Shown: positions 47,941 to 61,921, counted from the first letter of the stretch. The stretch: 64,000 nt of DNA from Lama glama (GCA_028534125.1 CM052829.1:44702001-44766000), one strand, 5' to 3'. Program-made: numbers and translations. Notes: a model not told the origin generated them from the sequence alone.

Positions 47941-49834
47941 ATTCGATGCCAAAGGGGCATCTAGAAAGCATGGAGATGTTTGGGGAGGCAGACGGCAGCA
48001 CACAATCCAGCACAAAGTGGCCAGCATTGAACAGATGAGGGCATTTCTTCGTTCTCTGGGAGGACCTCCCCCCAGCCGAGAGGAACTTGGGAACAGCAGG
48101 TTACTGAGGGTGGCTCGGGCTCAGAACCTGAGGCAGGGAGCCGCAGGTGGGGACCAGGCCTTACAAACCAGAAGCTCATACATCAGAACAAGGAGTCGAG
48201 ATCTTGGCTGGACAAACCTTGGGAATGCTTCAGTGCTGAGTTCCCCTCGAGCTCCTTAGGTCCCTCCTGCCTCAGACCAGGGCTGGTGTCAAGACTAGGG
48301 AGCCCAGGGGCCCGCTCAGCAGCACCTTTTCTTAAGAAGTCTCACAAAACTATGTCTTTTTCTCACATGGTAAAGAATTACCGTAAAATAAATCACTGAA
48401 ACAGGGCAGTTTGACTTTTTTCCAAGACAGCTGTGCTCAAAAAGACTCTTCAGAAATACATTCTCAGGTTTCAATTTTCCGTTCTACCCAACAAATTCCA
48501 GAACTTTCTTTTGTCTTGTTAGCCTGAACAGCCGTTCTGCAAGTCCTCCCACTGGGTCCATGCTGCTTTTTCCCCTGGCCCCAGAGAGTTTAGGCTGCTC
48601 CCTTATATTATCTTCAGATTGAATTCATTAACATACTTTCTGATTCAGAAACACAAAGATGAAAAACTGATACATGTTGTTCCCTCAAGTGTAATTATTT
48701 TTATTAATCTGACAGAAAAGCATCATACTTTTAAAAGACATACTTAGTATACCAGGTTTGTAAGAGCTTAGCTTTGGTAACAAATAAATGAACACTAAAT
48801 CTGATTTGTTTTTCTGATGCTGATATGTGTATAGGTAAATCAAAAGAATATTTCTTTGAACTATCACACCCTGGAAGATACACTGAATTATGGTAAATTA
48901 ATACATTAATATGAGGTGTTTTAAAGAAGATTTCTTTTGTCATTTCGGTGTGTTAGATGACCACTTTCTAGAACTTAAAACAAATTTTCTTTTCTTGAGT
49001 GTTCTGAATCTTGCGATTCATCTTTGGTGGTGGTTATGGGTTTTTTATCATCCCCAAGGACTGTGTTCTACCAGACCCTCCCTGCACACCTGGTCACTCA
49101 ATAATTACTGTGGACAGATCGACAAAACCCAAACTGAATAGCCACAATAATTTACCTTTTATTTTGTGCATACTTACTGGCAATATTTGGGGGAACTGTC
49201 AAGATGACTTTTCAAGCTAAAGGATAAATAGCTATAACCTGTCAACCAGGGAAACCCTGAAAAATCCAGGAAACAGGCAGGGGCTAGGTTAGGGCAGGGA
49301 CGGAGGGAGAGATTATGCTGAGCAAAGAGGCTTGGGTGTCTCTACACAAGGGTGCATGTTGGTTGGAGCAGAGGAGTTGTCGGCCACTCTACAGCTGTCC
49401 TCTGAAGCATGGAGTAGAAAGTTTGTTTTCAGGAAGTGGCTAGTGGAATTTCCCTACTACAGACAGATAATCTGTTAGGTGGGGCAAGGGGAGAGTTACT
49501 AATCGCCTCTGGGTTATGACAGAGAGGATCCTCTAATCAGGCCATCCTTCTAATGGGGGCACACTGTTGTGGGGGATTCATGTTCCTGGACAAGGCTGGA
49601 GGGAGTCCAGTGATACCTCCAAAAGAAACTTTAATCCTTAAAACCCCACAGCCCTGTGGTGCTGGAATGAATGGAGAAAGAAATGACTCAGAGTACAATT
49701 CAGAAACAGGTCAACAGCGTCTGTAATAATGGAAAGAGGAGAAGGCCTCTTCCAGTATATCTTTATCACCATCTGTATTTTATGTCTTTCCTTTTAATGC
49801 TTGGAGGTGAAGGTAAACGAATTTTAAACCCTTG

Positions 49835-50241
49835 TGTTAAAAAACCAAATTCAGTTGAGTAAGTTTGAAGATCTAATTGGCTTTATTAAACAATTCATGA
49901 ATTGGGCAGCATGCCATCTAACAAATAGGAAGGTGGTCAGAGGAACTGTACAAAATGGAAGGTTCTTAAAGGCAGAAAGGCGGTGGGATATGGAAATGTT
50001 AAAAAAAAATTAGATTATTTCAGGCAAGGTCACCTTCCTTTGGGGGAAGGGAGGAGGTCTAGCACGCAGATCACTGCACTAGTGTTGATCAGGAAATTCC
50101 AGACCGGTTGGTTTAAAATTCCACTCCTGGGAGACTGAAACTGCAGCCAGGTTAGGTATCACGTTTCTGTTTGCTGACCTGGGGCTTAACACAGGTGACT
50201 CCATTTTGAGCCTGTTGTTCTTTTTTTTTTTTTTTTTTAAC
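49835..50241 (-). mobile_element. ERV1-type solo LTR (Laurasiatherian family, name uncertain)
   Basis: TGttaa terminus, TTTATT (minus-strand polyA signal) at 49882-49887, gtgactccattttg near the other end, about 400 bp; flanks CTTG/TTTG. Confidence 0.7.
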
Positions 50242-53200
50242 TTTGACATAGTCTGTTGAATGGGAAGTGAAGTAGGCTTTAAGTTCTTTTTCAATTCTGT
50301 GTATGCGGAGAAGGGGCTGCATCTGGAGAACTTGTTGCTGGTGCTCCAGGGTCCCCAGCGTCCATGGCACCAGCTTCTGGGCTCTCCAGGGCCTCTGCCT
50401 GTGGTATCAACAGCAGGAACCACACTTCTTGGGAGAACCCATGCGGAGGCTTCTCATTGGAAGAAAGGCCCCGCAGTATAGGCTGGGAGAGGTATTTAAA
50501 ATACCAAAATGCTGAAGTCGACAGGACCAAATGAGGTACTTCCTCAGGGAGAGAAGAAAAATAAAATAGAAAAGAAAAATTCTCCTCTTCCAAATAAAAC
50601 CGCAATTAAAAATGTTTCAGAGGCATCAAGTTTTCATTCCATTGCTCTTTTTCCCAGTCTGTTTTATTTGTACAAGGGGGGAAAATCCATCCATAGAAGA
50701 AACTTCACAGAGTAAAAAGATGTGTTAAGATCCATTACCTGAGCAATTCCACACAGGCACCTGAGTCTGCATTTGGAATCTATATGGCATGGAGCATGGA
50801 GATCTTTGAATATCGATCTCTAGTGCCTAAATGTATCAGGTCCTCCAAAAATTTCCTCCCAGGTTAATCTTCTTGGTAGATCTTACTCTGCTTGTAGCAC
50901 TGAATTTTCTCCTGATCTCTTCCCTCCCATGGAAATGAGAATTACCATCAAAGGGACAATTATCTTATTCGAGAGCAGAGACCTAAAATAAGTCTTGAGA
51001 AACCCATCTGTGTGGCTAGGAAATCTCCCAGAATCCTGATCTTGCTCTCTTTGGCTCTAAACCTTCCCTCTTGGCATTTTCTAGGAAGGCTTCCTGACTG
51101 TTCCTTTTGACCCCAGTGAGGTCAAGCTAGTGTGTGTTTCAGTGAAACCTTGCACCTTCCCTACATCCCTCAATGTAACGTACTATTTCATGTTTTGCTC
51201 CTGAGTTTGCCTTTTCTCTTCTTCCTTCTTTCTTCCATTATCTCTGGTCCCTTAACCTGTATTCTTGATGCCCCAGGCTTCCCATCTCTCCCCTAAACAC
51301 TCCCTCTCCATCCCATGCATCTCTCTGTGTAAGTGTAAATCATTAGCCAGTGACAATGAACCACTTAGGCCTTCTCCCCTCGTTTTCCCCATGAGACAAC
51401 TGAACTGAAGAACATTGTAGGCTCTACTTTATAGAACCAGGAATCCCAAACCTACCTCCTTCAAAAATGTTAATACCAGGTAGAAGCAAAGAATGAGAAG
51501 AGAAAGGGTCATTCTCCCTTTCTCTGAGGGAGACAACAGTTATTTCCCCCTCACTGAGGAGATTAAATATATCTACTTTTTAAAAATCTCAAGCTATCTG
51601 AACATATGGCAAACTGATATTTTGCAAGATATATATGAGAACTCCTATATCCTCAAGGTTTATACCCTGGAGAAAATCCTCAGTGTCTTCCAAGCTAAAC
51701 CAAAGAAAACAAAGTTTGATTTGCATCTGCTATTCTAATCTGTTCAATCAAGTTCATCTGTGTGATGTTATAAACACTGAGGGAGGGGCTTTCTAGTATC
51801 TCCCCTCTCTTTAGTGATGTAATCTATCTCATATGAACATAACACTTTTGCTTCAGTTATAACCCTTGATTTGAAACTTTCTATTCCTCGGATAGGATGG
51901 AAAAAATAATTGGGCAAATCTTGGCTGGTCTTATAAAAATTCACAGATGCTTCTTTGAATAAAACAGTTCATAATGGTTTAAAAGAGGCTTTCTATGCTA
52001 ACTTTCATCTAACATATGAGGTGGGTGGTGGGGGAGGGAGGAAGTGAATCAATGGCTGAAATCAAGTTTTGATTCCAGCTTTAACCCCAGCCCCACCCAC
52101 AAACACCATCTAAAGCGGGACCATTTGTCAGCACTTCAGTTATGAGCACTGTAATTAAGATTCCACAGTTCACTTCTGGGATCGAATGTTTGTTATTAAC
52201 GGAAATAATTTATCTGGCATTTTCTCTGTGGAGACTCAGGAAGGTCCATTTGGACTCGAGACTCTGAACGCTGGTCTGAGTGCCATTCCGTGCCGCAGGG
52301 TGGAGAGCCTGCCCACAGCCCCCACTGAAAGGGACGCTACAGATGTCACGCAGAACTCGGTGCAGTGAAAAACTTCAGCAAGTCAGGAAAGAAAGTGAAG
52401 AGGAATGTTTTCCCTCTGACATTTCTCTAACAACTGTGTCTAACCTGAAAATGTGGCTCCAATCCTTTTCAGAACTATTATTTTCTTTACAGCAAAGTTC
52501 TGAAAACTTGGTTTCTTTTGANNNNNNNNNNNNNNNNNNNNNNNNNNNNNNNNNNNNNNNNNNNNNNNNNNNNNNNNNNNNNNNNNNNNNNNNNNNNNNN
52601 NNNNNNNNNNNNNNNNNNNNNNNNNNNNNNNNNNNNNNNNNNNNNNNNNNNNNNNNNNNNNCTGCTAGAGGCCCCTTTTAAACTGCGGCCTTTTAAGTTC
52701 AATAAATCTCTTTGCTCTTCCCTTTGTGCGCTGTGTGCTCCCCTCCCACACTCAAGTGCACATCCCAGTCCTCAATGTGGCCTCCAGAAGGAATCTTCAT
52801 GTTTGTTGTGAAGTTTTCCGTAATTACATAATCGGTGAAGTCTGTGAGTTCGTCTTGAGGTGGCTGAAAAATGCAAGCCTGGGGATTACAGTAATATAAT
52901 TAGATGGCTTCCTGTAAGAGCCAAGTGATTTTTCCCTGGGCCAGACTGATTGGTTGCCCTTGGAGGTCCTCGTCTTGATCAGTGAATCACAGTTGGATGG
53001 ATACTTCTACTGGCCAACCATCCCAAGGTGTTCCGCGGTGTTTGTTGGTGTCGTGGGTGAACTCTGCATATGCACTCTGCGTCGATTTGATTAAGAAAGC
53101 AGGAGCCACAAAACCAGAGGGCTGCGGTTTCTCGAATGCCTTTGTGTCTGTGTGGCAACAGAGCCAGCGCTTAGCTTGTCTGGGCCGTGGTACCTTGACT

Positions 53201-54898
53201 CATCCGGTGGTGTCTAGAAGCCTGGATTTCTTGCCTTCTGGGGTTTGAGGAGCAGGGGAAAAAAGAAGAAAGACCACAGCTGGGTTTTAGGTGTATAATA
53301 GAATTTAGTACCTGATATGCATCATTTCTTGTGAATTTTTTCCAAGTCAGCTGGATGTTGACGAGTACATATTAAAAACAAAACAGAACCAGAAATAGCT
53401 TTTTATTTATTCACAGTGTTAATCTCTTAGAATCCGCTTTTCCAGTACCTATCAATCCTTTGAAATGATTATTCATGTACTCTTTAAATCCCACCTCCCT
53501 CTCTCTGGTTTTCGGTTGTGTGTGTGTGTTTGCTACTTTAGCTTTGACCAGACTCTAGGAATTGTTTAAAAGCACAGGCCAAGACAGGACAGCAGCTGAT
53601 ACATGGCTACCTTGTTATTTAGCTGGTTACTATGGAAACATCAACTGTCTATCATTGGTCTCCAACCAAGAGAGTAGTTATGAAATATGAAACGATGACT
53701 ATGAGGAAAATCTCTCCCTTTATTTTTGTTCTGTAATAAAGAACTAGACCCTCAGGGTCTATAATTGATAATTGATGCCTGAATTTAACATTTGATTTTA
53801 AAAAATGCAAATGGAAAGACAGGTAAGTCTCAAGTGGAAAGAGTGGACACCTAATTTTCAGGGGCATCAGGACAGGTTCCATTTACTGTATTCAGCAAGC
53901 ACAAAATCTTCTCTGGAGCAGACGGTTCATCAGAGTTCTGATCCTCAAGTAAAAGTTTTCCGGAGTTCCCTCTTCCAGCATTTGCTCTGAGAGATGCTCT
54001 GGCCCTGCTCTCTGGATTTCTCATTTCTGCTACCATCCCACTGCTCATTCATTCTACCAGTTTGCTCTCAGAGTTATTCTAACTTCATAATTTTTATAGG
54101 GAAGCATACTCTCTCTCTTTTTCTGTGTTCTCCAAGAGAATAAATGGCATAAATCCATTTCTTAAGTATTTGAAAGAATCTTTTGGAAAGCCAACAGAGC
54201 CCTCTGCCTTTTTGAGAGGTGACTCCTTACAACACATCTTACTTTTTGAATAACAACTCTTCTTGATTTTGTCTTTGCCAAATTTGAACTCCAAAGAATA
54301 AAATGGTTAATGATGTCTATCTAAAGTATTTGTTCCTTTGCTTCATAAAATGAAAAATAATAAAAATTAAATTTGTTTGGAATTCTCCAAATTTTAATGA
54401 TTTCAAAATGATTGCAATACTCTTCCTATTAATCAAACATATAATAAAAGAAACACTTGACAAATCAAACAAGAAGTTCGGCATTCCTGGATTACGTTTA
54501 AGTGAAATGTGTTACTATAAATATGATCCAGGTTAAAAAGAGATATATTCATGCTTGTGAACAAAGACTAGTATGATCACTATCAATAGAATAATGAGAG
54601 AAAAAAAGACTTTTTTCCCTAGAGGTTTAAATGTCCTTGTCAACTGGTGACATTTATAATACACTTTATGGGTTAAATTAATGATTTGTCGCTGTCCTCA
54701 CTGTCCATAATAAATCCTTATTCCCAGGATAATCAGTGACCAAATTCCTATCAAATTGATTATGTATGAAACTTCAATAGAAAAGGAAAACTTCCCTTCT
54801 AATATTGTTACATAAAATTATATAACATAATTATATATAAACAATATAATAATTTTATGATAAAAATTAACTAGAATAATTTCATCTTATCTTATCTA

Positions 54899-55439
54899 TC
54901 CATTAGTTACCTATGGCTATGTAACAAGTTATCCCAAAACATAGTGGCTTAAGACAGCAAACATTTTTTATCTCATAGTTTCTGTGGTTCAGGAATCTGG
55001 GCATGGCTTTGCTGACTACCTCTGTCTCAAGGCCTCTTACAGGGCTACAGTCAAGGTGTTGGCTGGATCTCAACTTCAAGAGGATCTCCCGTGAACCTAC
55101 TCACTGGCAGGACTCAGCTCCTTGTAGACTGTAGACTCACTGGCTCTTGGCCGGAGACATCATTTCTTTGCTAAGTCGGTTTCTCTATTGGAAAGCTTGC
55201 AACATAGCAAGTGACTTCCCTCTGCATAGAGCAGTAAGAGAATGAGAGAGAGCAGGTAATATGGAAGCCATGTGCTTTTTGTATCCTAATGGTGGAAACG
55301 ATATCCCATCTCTTTTGTCATAGTTTATTACTTAGAAGCAAGTCACTAGATGCAGTCTGTGCTCAAAGGGAAAAAAAATTACACAATGGCATGAATATCA
55401 GGAATCAGTGATCATTAGGGAGCATACTTGTCACCCACA
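54899..55439 (-). mobile_element. MLT1F/G-like MaLR LTR
   Basis: attagttacctatggctatgtaacaagttatcccaaaacatagtggcttaa...tagaagcaagtcactag...gcatgaatatcagg. Confidence 0.8.
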
Positions 55440-55756
55440 GGGATTTCTGCTTCTTCCTTGTAATTACCCAAAGCCCCCGATGATAATCAGAGATTGAGCC
55501 TTCTGGGAGGAATAGTACAATATCTCAGTAAAGTTTAGTACTTTAGGTTTCTGCTGGTTCAAGATTCTGAATTGCTAGTAGACACTCCTGTCCAACGGTT
55601 ATGGTATGTCCAAAACCATTAACCTAGATGATCAGCAGATGTGGGACTAATCCTACAGACACTGGCAAAGATAAACCATTCATGCCCAAATTAAATGAAA
55701 AGGCCATTTGATATTAGCTATCTATTGTGTCTGTGGCTGTCTTGATGTTAGTTATG

Positions 55757-56100
55757 TGCTATTAGTTGTCTATTGTTATGTAACAAATGACCCCAAACTT
55801 AATGGCTTAAAACAAACAAACATTTATTTTCTTTCCCACAGAGTTCTGTGGGCTAAGAATTTGGGAGTGGCTTGGCTAGGATGTTCTGGCTGGTGTCTTT
55901 CTGGAGGTTGAAGTCAACTCATTGTAGTCATCTAAAGGCTTGACTGGGGCTAGGGGAGCCACTTCCAAGGTGGTCACTCATACGCCTGGCATGTTAATGA
56001 AGGCTGTTGGCAGGAAGTCTTAGTTCCTCACCACGTGGGCCTCCACGGGACTGCTTGAGCATCTTCGTGACATGGCAGCTGGTTTCCCCAGAGAGAGAAA
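55757..56100 (-). mobile_element. MLT1H/G-like partial LTR
   Basis: attagttgtctattgttatgtaacaaatgaccccaaacttaatggcttaaaac...aaggcttgactggggct...catggcagctggtttcccc. Confidence 0.8.
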
Positions 56101-56394
56101 GAAATCCATATGAAATATGTTTCAAACTTGAATAATGGCCTTTGTCTTATCGTTTGTTCATATTGCAAGCACAAAAATTATGATCTCCAGAGTATTAAAT
56201 TATACTACACAGGAGCTACCTTATCAAATAATTCAAAAAATGTTCATCTCCCAAAAAAAGGACAAGAAGTCCTGTTGTTTATAGAAGTCAAAAAAAAAAA
56301 TCTCCATGAAACTGTGATATCTGATCACCAACAACCAAAGCACAACGCAAACTGGTTGGACCTCTGCCTGTCTCCTACCTTCTGAATCTCTTAG

Positions 56395-57176
56395 ATGTAC
56401 CACGGGATTGCCAATACACAGACATCAGACAGGAGGAGGAGTTATAGAAAAGTATTGATTATACTTGGCAGAACTTCAAGAGAATGAGTAAGAATATGAT
56501 CAAATAACCAAAAAGTCCTGGGAGAGTCTATTCATAAGACAAACGAAATGAAACCAAGGCTTGAAGGGCTCAACAAAAGACTTGGAGCTCACATTGGTAG
56601 AGACAGTTGGCTTGTCACGGCAGGCAGAGTGGCTTTAATGGGGTAGAGTCTTAGGGCTCTCAGGTATGGCTGTCCACCAGAGTTCAGCTCTACAACAGCA
56701 AAAGTCTCTGACCAATCTTGATAGGTCAGATTCGTTAAAATTCATTGTCCAGAGACAACTGGCACAGACCTCTAGTAAAAGAAAAAGAGTTGATTGAGCC
56801 TGCTGCAGCAAAAGCCAATACAAAGCAGAAGAGTGAGTCAAAAACAGCACAAACCATGGAGTAAGTCAAAGAGGGGGAGCTTAGGGTTGGGCGTTTGTAG
56901 GACCTGGGGGCTGGGATTAGTCATAAGATGGTCTTGGCATGATTGTTCAGAGTTCGTCAACCAGGCAAGTTGCTGGAATAGTCAGCGGTCTCATTTTCAG
57001 AACATATGATGTTTGCAGACTTAAGTGTTAACGTCATTCTGACTATGGCTCTATCTTGGAACATATGGATTTAAACAAAGGGCTATTATACAGTTTTGCC
57101 CTTAGGCCCTTTATCTGTTTTACTAGTCATGGTGCAGACCATTTTGCAAGCTATGGTTTCTGTTTCAACTCTCATC
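56395..57176 (-). mobile_element. One or two old LTR-like elements (family uncertain)
   Basis: TG-start with aagtattgattatac; second block ending gcaagctatggtttctgtttcaactctCA; weak recall of consensus. Confidence 0.4.
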
Positions 57177-58043
57177 TTCAATCTGTGTAAGGGAATCTGA
57201 ACGAACCCCTTCCTACTCCTTCATGTTCTCTCCTCCCCATCTTCAGCCTCCACCCCTGACTTGGAGGAAAAAATTATGCCCTCTATGTGTTCCTGGTGCC
57301 TAATAGAGTGCTTGGTAGACAGTTGATGCTTACTATATATTTTCAAACTGCATTGGTTATATTGAATTAATTTGGCAGTAGGTATTATTAAAATACTTTG
57401 ATATCACTGTTACTTTGGCTCTAAGTTCTCTCTGATTTCCTACTGCACAGTCTGGCATCATTCTCTGACCATGTCATACATATTAGTTTTGTTTTGTTTT
57501 TCCTATATTCCGATTATTAACAGATTGTGAGCTCTTAGGGGTAGGGACAATTTCTTTTTTTTTTTTTTTTGGCATCCTGCACCCCATTCCCATGCCCCTT
57601 CAGCTAACAGACAATTCTCATATTCCCCCAAATATGTTTTGATATATTTGTGTATGTTTTCTCCTGTATTTCCCTTACCCTCCATATTCTCCCAGTCAGG
57701 AGGGCAGTTGGCTCCAAACTTCATTGCCTCAGGGAGGGGTTGAGGCCGGATGTGAAGCAAGAATTGAGCATCAGCCTTTGTGGGTTTTTCCCCAGAGGCC
57801 TAAAGCCTTGGGCGAATGGAGAATATTTGGCGTGAGAAATGCAGAGGGGGATTCCTGGGTATAGACGGAACAACTGGAGAAGTGAAGAGAGCAGGTGATT
57901 GTCGGCTCCCCATATCACAGCCTCCAGCTGAAAAAAAAAAAATGATGCAATTGAGAATGTAGAGAGAAGAGAGATGGAGCATTCTGACGGTCCAGGAGCA
58001 GTAAGGACTCAGGACCTGCCTGCAGGGTACAACCCCAAGGAGG

Positions 58044-58510
58044 TGGCAAACCTTATTGCACTTTGTTTTATTTGTTTTCTTCACCAATTGAAGGTTCACA
58101 GCAACCCTGCGTGGAGCAAGTCCATTGGTGCCATTTTTCCAACAGCATTTGCTCACTTCCTGACTCCGTATCACATTGTGATAATTCTCACAATATTTCA
58201 AGCTTTTTCATCAGTATCATATTTGTTCTGGTGATCTGTGATCAGTGATCTTTCAGATTGCTACTATGACTGGCTTAANNNNNNNNNNNNNNNNNNNNNN
58301 NNNNNNNNNNNNNNNNNNNNNNNNNNNNNNNNNNNNNNNNNNNNNNNNNNNNNNNNNNNNNNNNNNNNNNNNNNNNNNNNNNNNNNNNNNNNNNNNNNNN
58401 NNNNNNNNNNNNNNNNNNNNNNNNNNNNNNNNNNNNNNNNNNNNNNNNNNNNNNNNNNNTTCCAGTGGTCTGGAACCAAACCTGCAATATCTCCAGGGTA
58501 TGTATGCCTG
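58044..58510 (+). mobile_element. Internally deleted Tigger1 (Tigger1a_Art-like) DNA transposon
   Basis: aattgaaggttcacagcaaccctgcgtggagcaagtccattggtgccatttttccaacagca; right end ctgcaatatctcc..tatgcctg followed by TA. Confidence 0.88.
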
Positions 58511-58639
58511 TATATCTGCTGCATTTGTTTAGCTGATTAATTTGTTATATAAATTTGGCAAAATTATTGCCTATCACATCTAAGAAGGGAAAAAAAGTTC
58601 ATGTCTCATTATGTTAAATGTGAATGTATTATATAAGTT

Positions 58640-58800
58640 TGGATACTAGCTCTGTCAAGAAATTAGCTGTGGAACTTTGAGAAAATTTGACTTTTTTAAG
58701 TCTCAGATGCATTATATATGCGTAAAAGTGTTGGGGTGACATGAAGATAAATTGAGATAATATCTATAAAGTGCTTAGCAAAGGAACCGCAATGGTAGCT
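58640..58800 (+). mobile_element. MIR SINE
   Basis: tagctctgtcaagaaattagctgtggaactttgag...gaagataaattgagataatatctataaagtgcttagca. Confidence 0.75.
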
Positions 58801-60103
58801 ATCATATATTATAGATTTTTCCTTATAGATATTTTTAGGACTGAAGAACCTTAATATTCATCTAGACCACTTAGTAGTAATCTTAAAACATTCTAATTTT
58901 GACAATAAAAATACTCTTTTCCTCCTGTATATTTCTTTCTCTTTCAAAAATTAATTAATATTTCCAAGGAAAAATTCAGCAATATTTATAGAAGAAATGG
59001 ACAAAAATAGTTTCTCAATTAAAAAAATTCTCAACTAAAAAATATAGAATAGGAAGAAAGTTAAGCATCAGAGACTTTTTGAACTTTAAAAAAGTGTAGA
59101 TAAGATGAAAACACAAATAAGTTATTTGATATTGCATATTGTAATTCAGACTGAACTAAGTTGTATATACTCGTGTATTATACACCCACATCAGAAAAGG
59201 AGTCAATATCTACTGCCAGTTTTTTTCTATGTGAATTTATAACCTATCTGTCAATGAAACCTAACTTTTTGCTGATGGATGGAATGCCACATATAGTGAT
59301 GAGGAATATGTGAAAAGCAAGAGCAGCATATGGCAATCTCCTGACTTACTGTATGTGTCACTGGGAAGAGTGATTATTTCTCACAAGTCGAGGTGAAGCC
59401 AGGGACTATGATCGGCCATACTTAAGTGGTTTTACTCTTTTCTTTTACATCCAGCAACTTGATTAAATAATGATTTGGCTCACAGAAGACTTGAGCTTTG
59501 TGGCTCCAAGTTCCTTCCCAGTCAAGTTTGTAAATGTCCCTGGTGTTCCGTTTTAGAGACGTGCCGAGACAAGGAAAGGCTCCCCTAAGTCAGCACCAGA
59601 CAGGGTTACTGGGGGAGGCAGCCGCCGCAAGGAGAGGCAGCAAGTCACCAGATAGAGAAGGAGACAGAAGGTCTGACAATTCCAAGTCAGCCTTCACGGA
59701 TATGTCATGTAGCCTTAGGCAAAATTCAGGCTGTTGAGGGGGACGGGGGGGCCGTAGAAGCCACCCGCTTGAGGAGGAATGCTTTGAACCCTCTCTGGCT
59801 GAGGAAGGAAAATCCAGGACTTGATGGAAGATCCCAGGAGTTTCACAAGATAATCAAGGGAGACAATTCTCTGCTGGTGGTTGTTAGGTCTTCAATGAAA
59901 GCCAGGTAAAAAGTATTAGAGTCACATTTCTGTTTTAGCATTTCAGTGAAGAAACTTGAGGAACGGGGTTGTTAGTTCCCCTAACACCTGTGATCTCAGT
60001 GGGCATTTTCATTGGTACTGCTCCTGGGCTGGAAATAGATAGCTCTTTACCAGGAGCAGAAAGTCTTAGCACAGCCTAACATTAAAGAACTTCAGAAAAG
60101 GTA

Positions 60104-61015
60104 TGCGGTACTGTGATTTATAAGAAATATGTATTTTATCTTTGTCCGTGGTTCTTGGCTCACAGTCCCCTAAACCCGTGAAATTTCCTGAGTGATAAGA
60201 GCAATGAGAACCTCTTTTATTATAATATTTGGTTTTGTCCTCAGTTTCTGAAAATGCTCCAAAGCCAGAGAGGTGAAATGGGTGCCTTGTTCTTTCTAAC
60301 AAGCCCCTTTCCTTCATGTCTGGGTTTCTGTTACTTTTGGAAATGCCCTAAGGATGGGGGCTGGTCGCCAGGAGAGCCAACCAAAATAGAGGTTGGTACT
60401 TTCAGTCCCACCCCCTGATTTCCGGGGGGGGGGGTGCTGGAGGTTGAACCAATAACCATTGGCCAATGAGTTAATCAATCATGCCTAACTAACAGAGCCT
60501 CTATAAAAACCCGAAAGAGGCAGGCATTCAGACTTCCGGTTGGTGGCCCTGTGGAGTTGTGAGGGGAGTGGCGTGCCTGGAGAGGGCCTGGAAGCTCTGT
60601 GCCCTTTCCCCATGTGCTCTCTTCCATCTGGCTGTTCTGGAGTTATAAGCTTTTGTGATAAACTGGTGATCTAGTAAGTAAAATGTTCTCCTGAGTTCTG
60701 TGAGCCGCTCTAGCAAATTAACTGAACCCAAAGAGGGGGTTGTGGGAACCTCTGATTTATAGCTGATGGATCCAGAAGTACAGATTATAGCCTGGTTTTG
60801 CGATTGGCATCTGAAGCGAGAAGTAGTAGAGAGGGCAGTCTTGTGGGACTGAGCCCTTCACCTGTGGAATCTGATGCTGTGTCCTGGTAAACTACGTTGG
60901 AATTAAGTTGAATTGTAAGACACCCAGCTGCTGTCAATAATTGCTTGGTAGTGCGTGGTAACCACCCTACCCCCAAAACACACACACATGGAAATTGGTG
61001 GTCAGAATCCCTTTA
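60104..61015 (+). mobile_element. MER21-family LTR
   Basis: aggatgggggctggtcgccagg...ggccaatgagttaatcaatcatgcc...ctgagttctgtgagccgctctagcaaatta...gcagtcttgtgggactgagccct; flanks AGGTA/AGGTG. Confidence 0.88.
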
Positions 61016-61224
61016 AGGTGGTTGTCTGAATATCTTTTAAAATTTTTTAAATTTACCATTATAAGCCACAGTTACTGAACTTCTGCATTCAGAGTTACAC
61101 ATTAGGATTCACGGGGTTTAATGTCAGATATTTGTTCAGAATTGTAACCTAACTTTCTCTTGCCTGTAAATCAATCTCAGGTATATGGGATATCAGCATG
61201 CTTTCTTTTCTGAGAAACTGCTCT

Positions 61225-61430
61225 GTGTTAAGCACTAAAGTAGTTCTTATTTTTAATGTATTGTCTCATGTAATCATTGTTAAAGTGCCATGTGCTGGGC
61301 ATGTGCCCCATTTCCAAGTGAAGAAACTGAAACTCAGAAGTTAAGTAATTTGCCCAAATCCCACAGCCTAGTAAATTGAAGAGAAGGAATTTGTAGCCAG
61401 ATGTAATTTCCATAAATTGTACTCATTCTT
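61225..61430 (-). mobile_element. MIR SINE
   Basis: ccccatttccaagtgaagaaactgaaactcagaagttaagtaatttgcccaaatcccacagcctagtaa. Confidence 0.8.
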
Positions 61431-61921
61431 CCACAATGGCTACCTCTCATAGAACAAAATAAACGAAAGCCTTTGTGTTGAAGAAAAATGTATGTTCTCA
61501 TTTGGAAAAATATTTGGGGGTCATTTCTCATTTTGCCTACTTTTATTTATATCTTGATTAGTAAGTAAAAATAAAAAATCTTTTCCCTACCATTAAAATG
61601 CTGTGGTTTGACAACATAATGAATTAGGTGCTTCATTTATAACCCGCGCCAATCCCCATGACATGCTATAAATGTTCAGAAGGTGAAATCTTAGGTTAAC
61701 CTTAGAATTTGTTTCTTAGCAAATCCCTGCTCACAAAGATTTACAGTCTCTCACCAGCTTTTTCCTATTTATTTCAATTTTGTAGACTAGACCCTAAAAT
61801 GCACTTAGGAAAGAACACAGCTTTCTTTTCACAGTAGGCATTTTGATGCACTGAGAAGAGGAAAGGGGAAAAGACATCTGAGGTAGCTGAGGCATTATAA
61901 AATATACAAAAAGCAATTGTA

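Larger units (their letters stand above)
15207..58460. other. Ten N-gaps: 15207-15359, 17184-17283, 18820-18972, 19257-19421, 20327-20466, 32839-33002, 38637-38770, 38877-39060, 52522-52661, 58279-58460
   Basis: runs of N seen directly (100-184 nt). Confidence 0.98.

Noticed and set aside
15708-53812. Several ATGCAAAT octamer matches
   Set aside because: Dispersed, and near expectation for AT-rich DNA
54899-56100. Two same-orientation MLT1 LTRs as a provirus
   Set aside because: They appear to be different subfamilies and the spacer lacks clear MLT-int ends
15078-58540. ORFs containing long X runs
   Set aside because: Artefacts of translating through N-gaps
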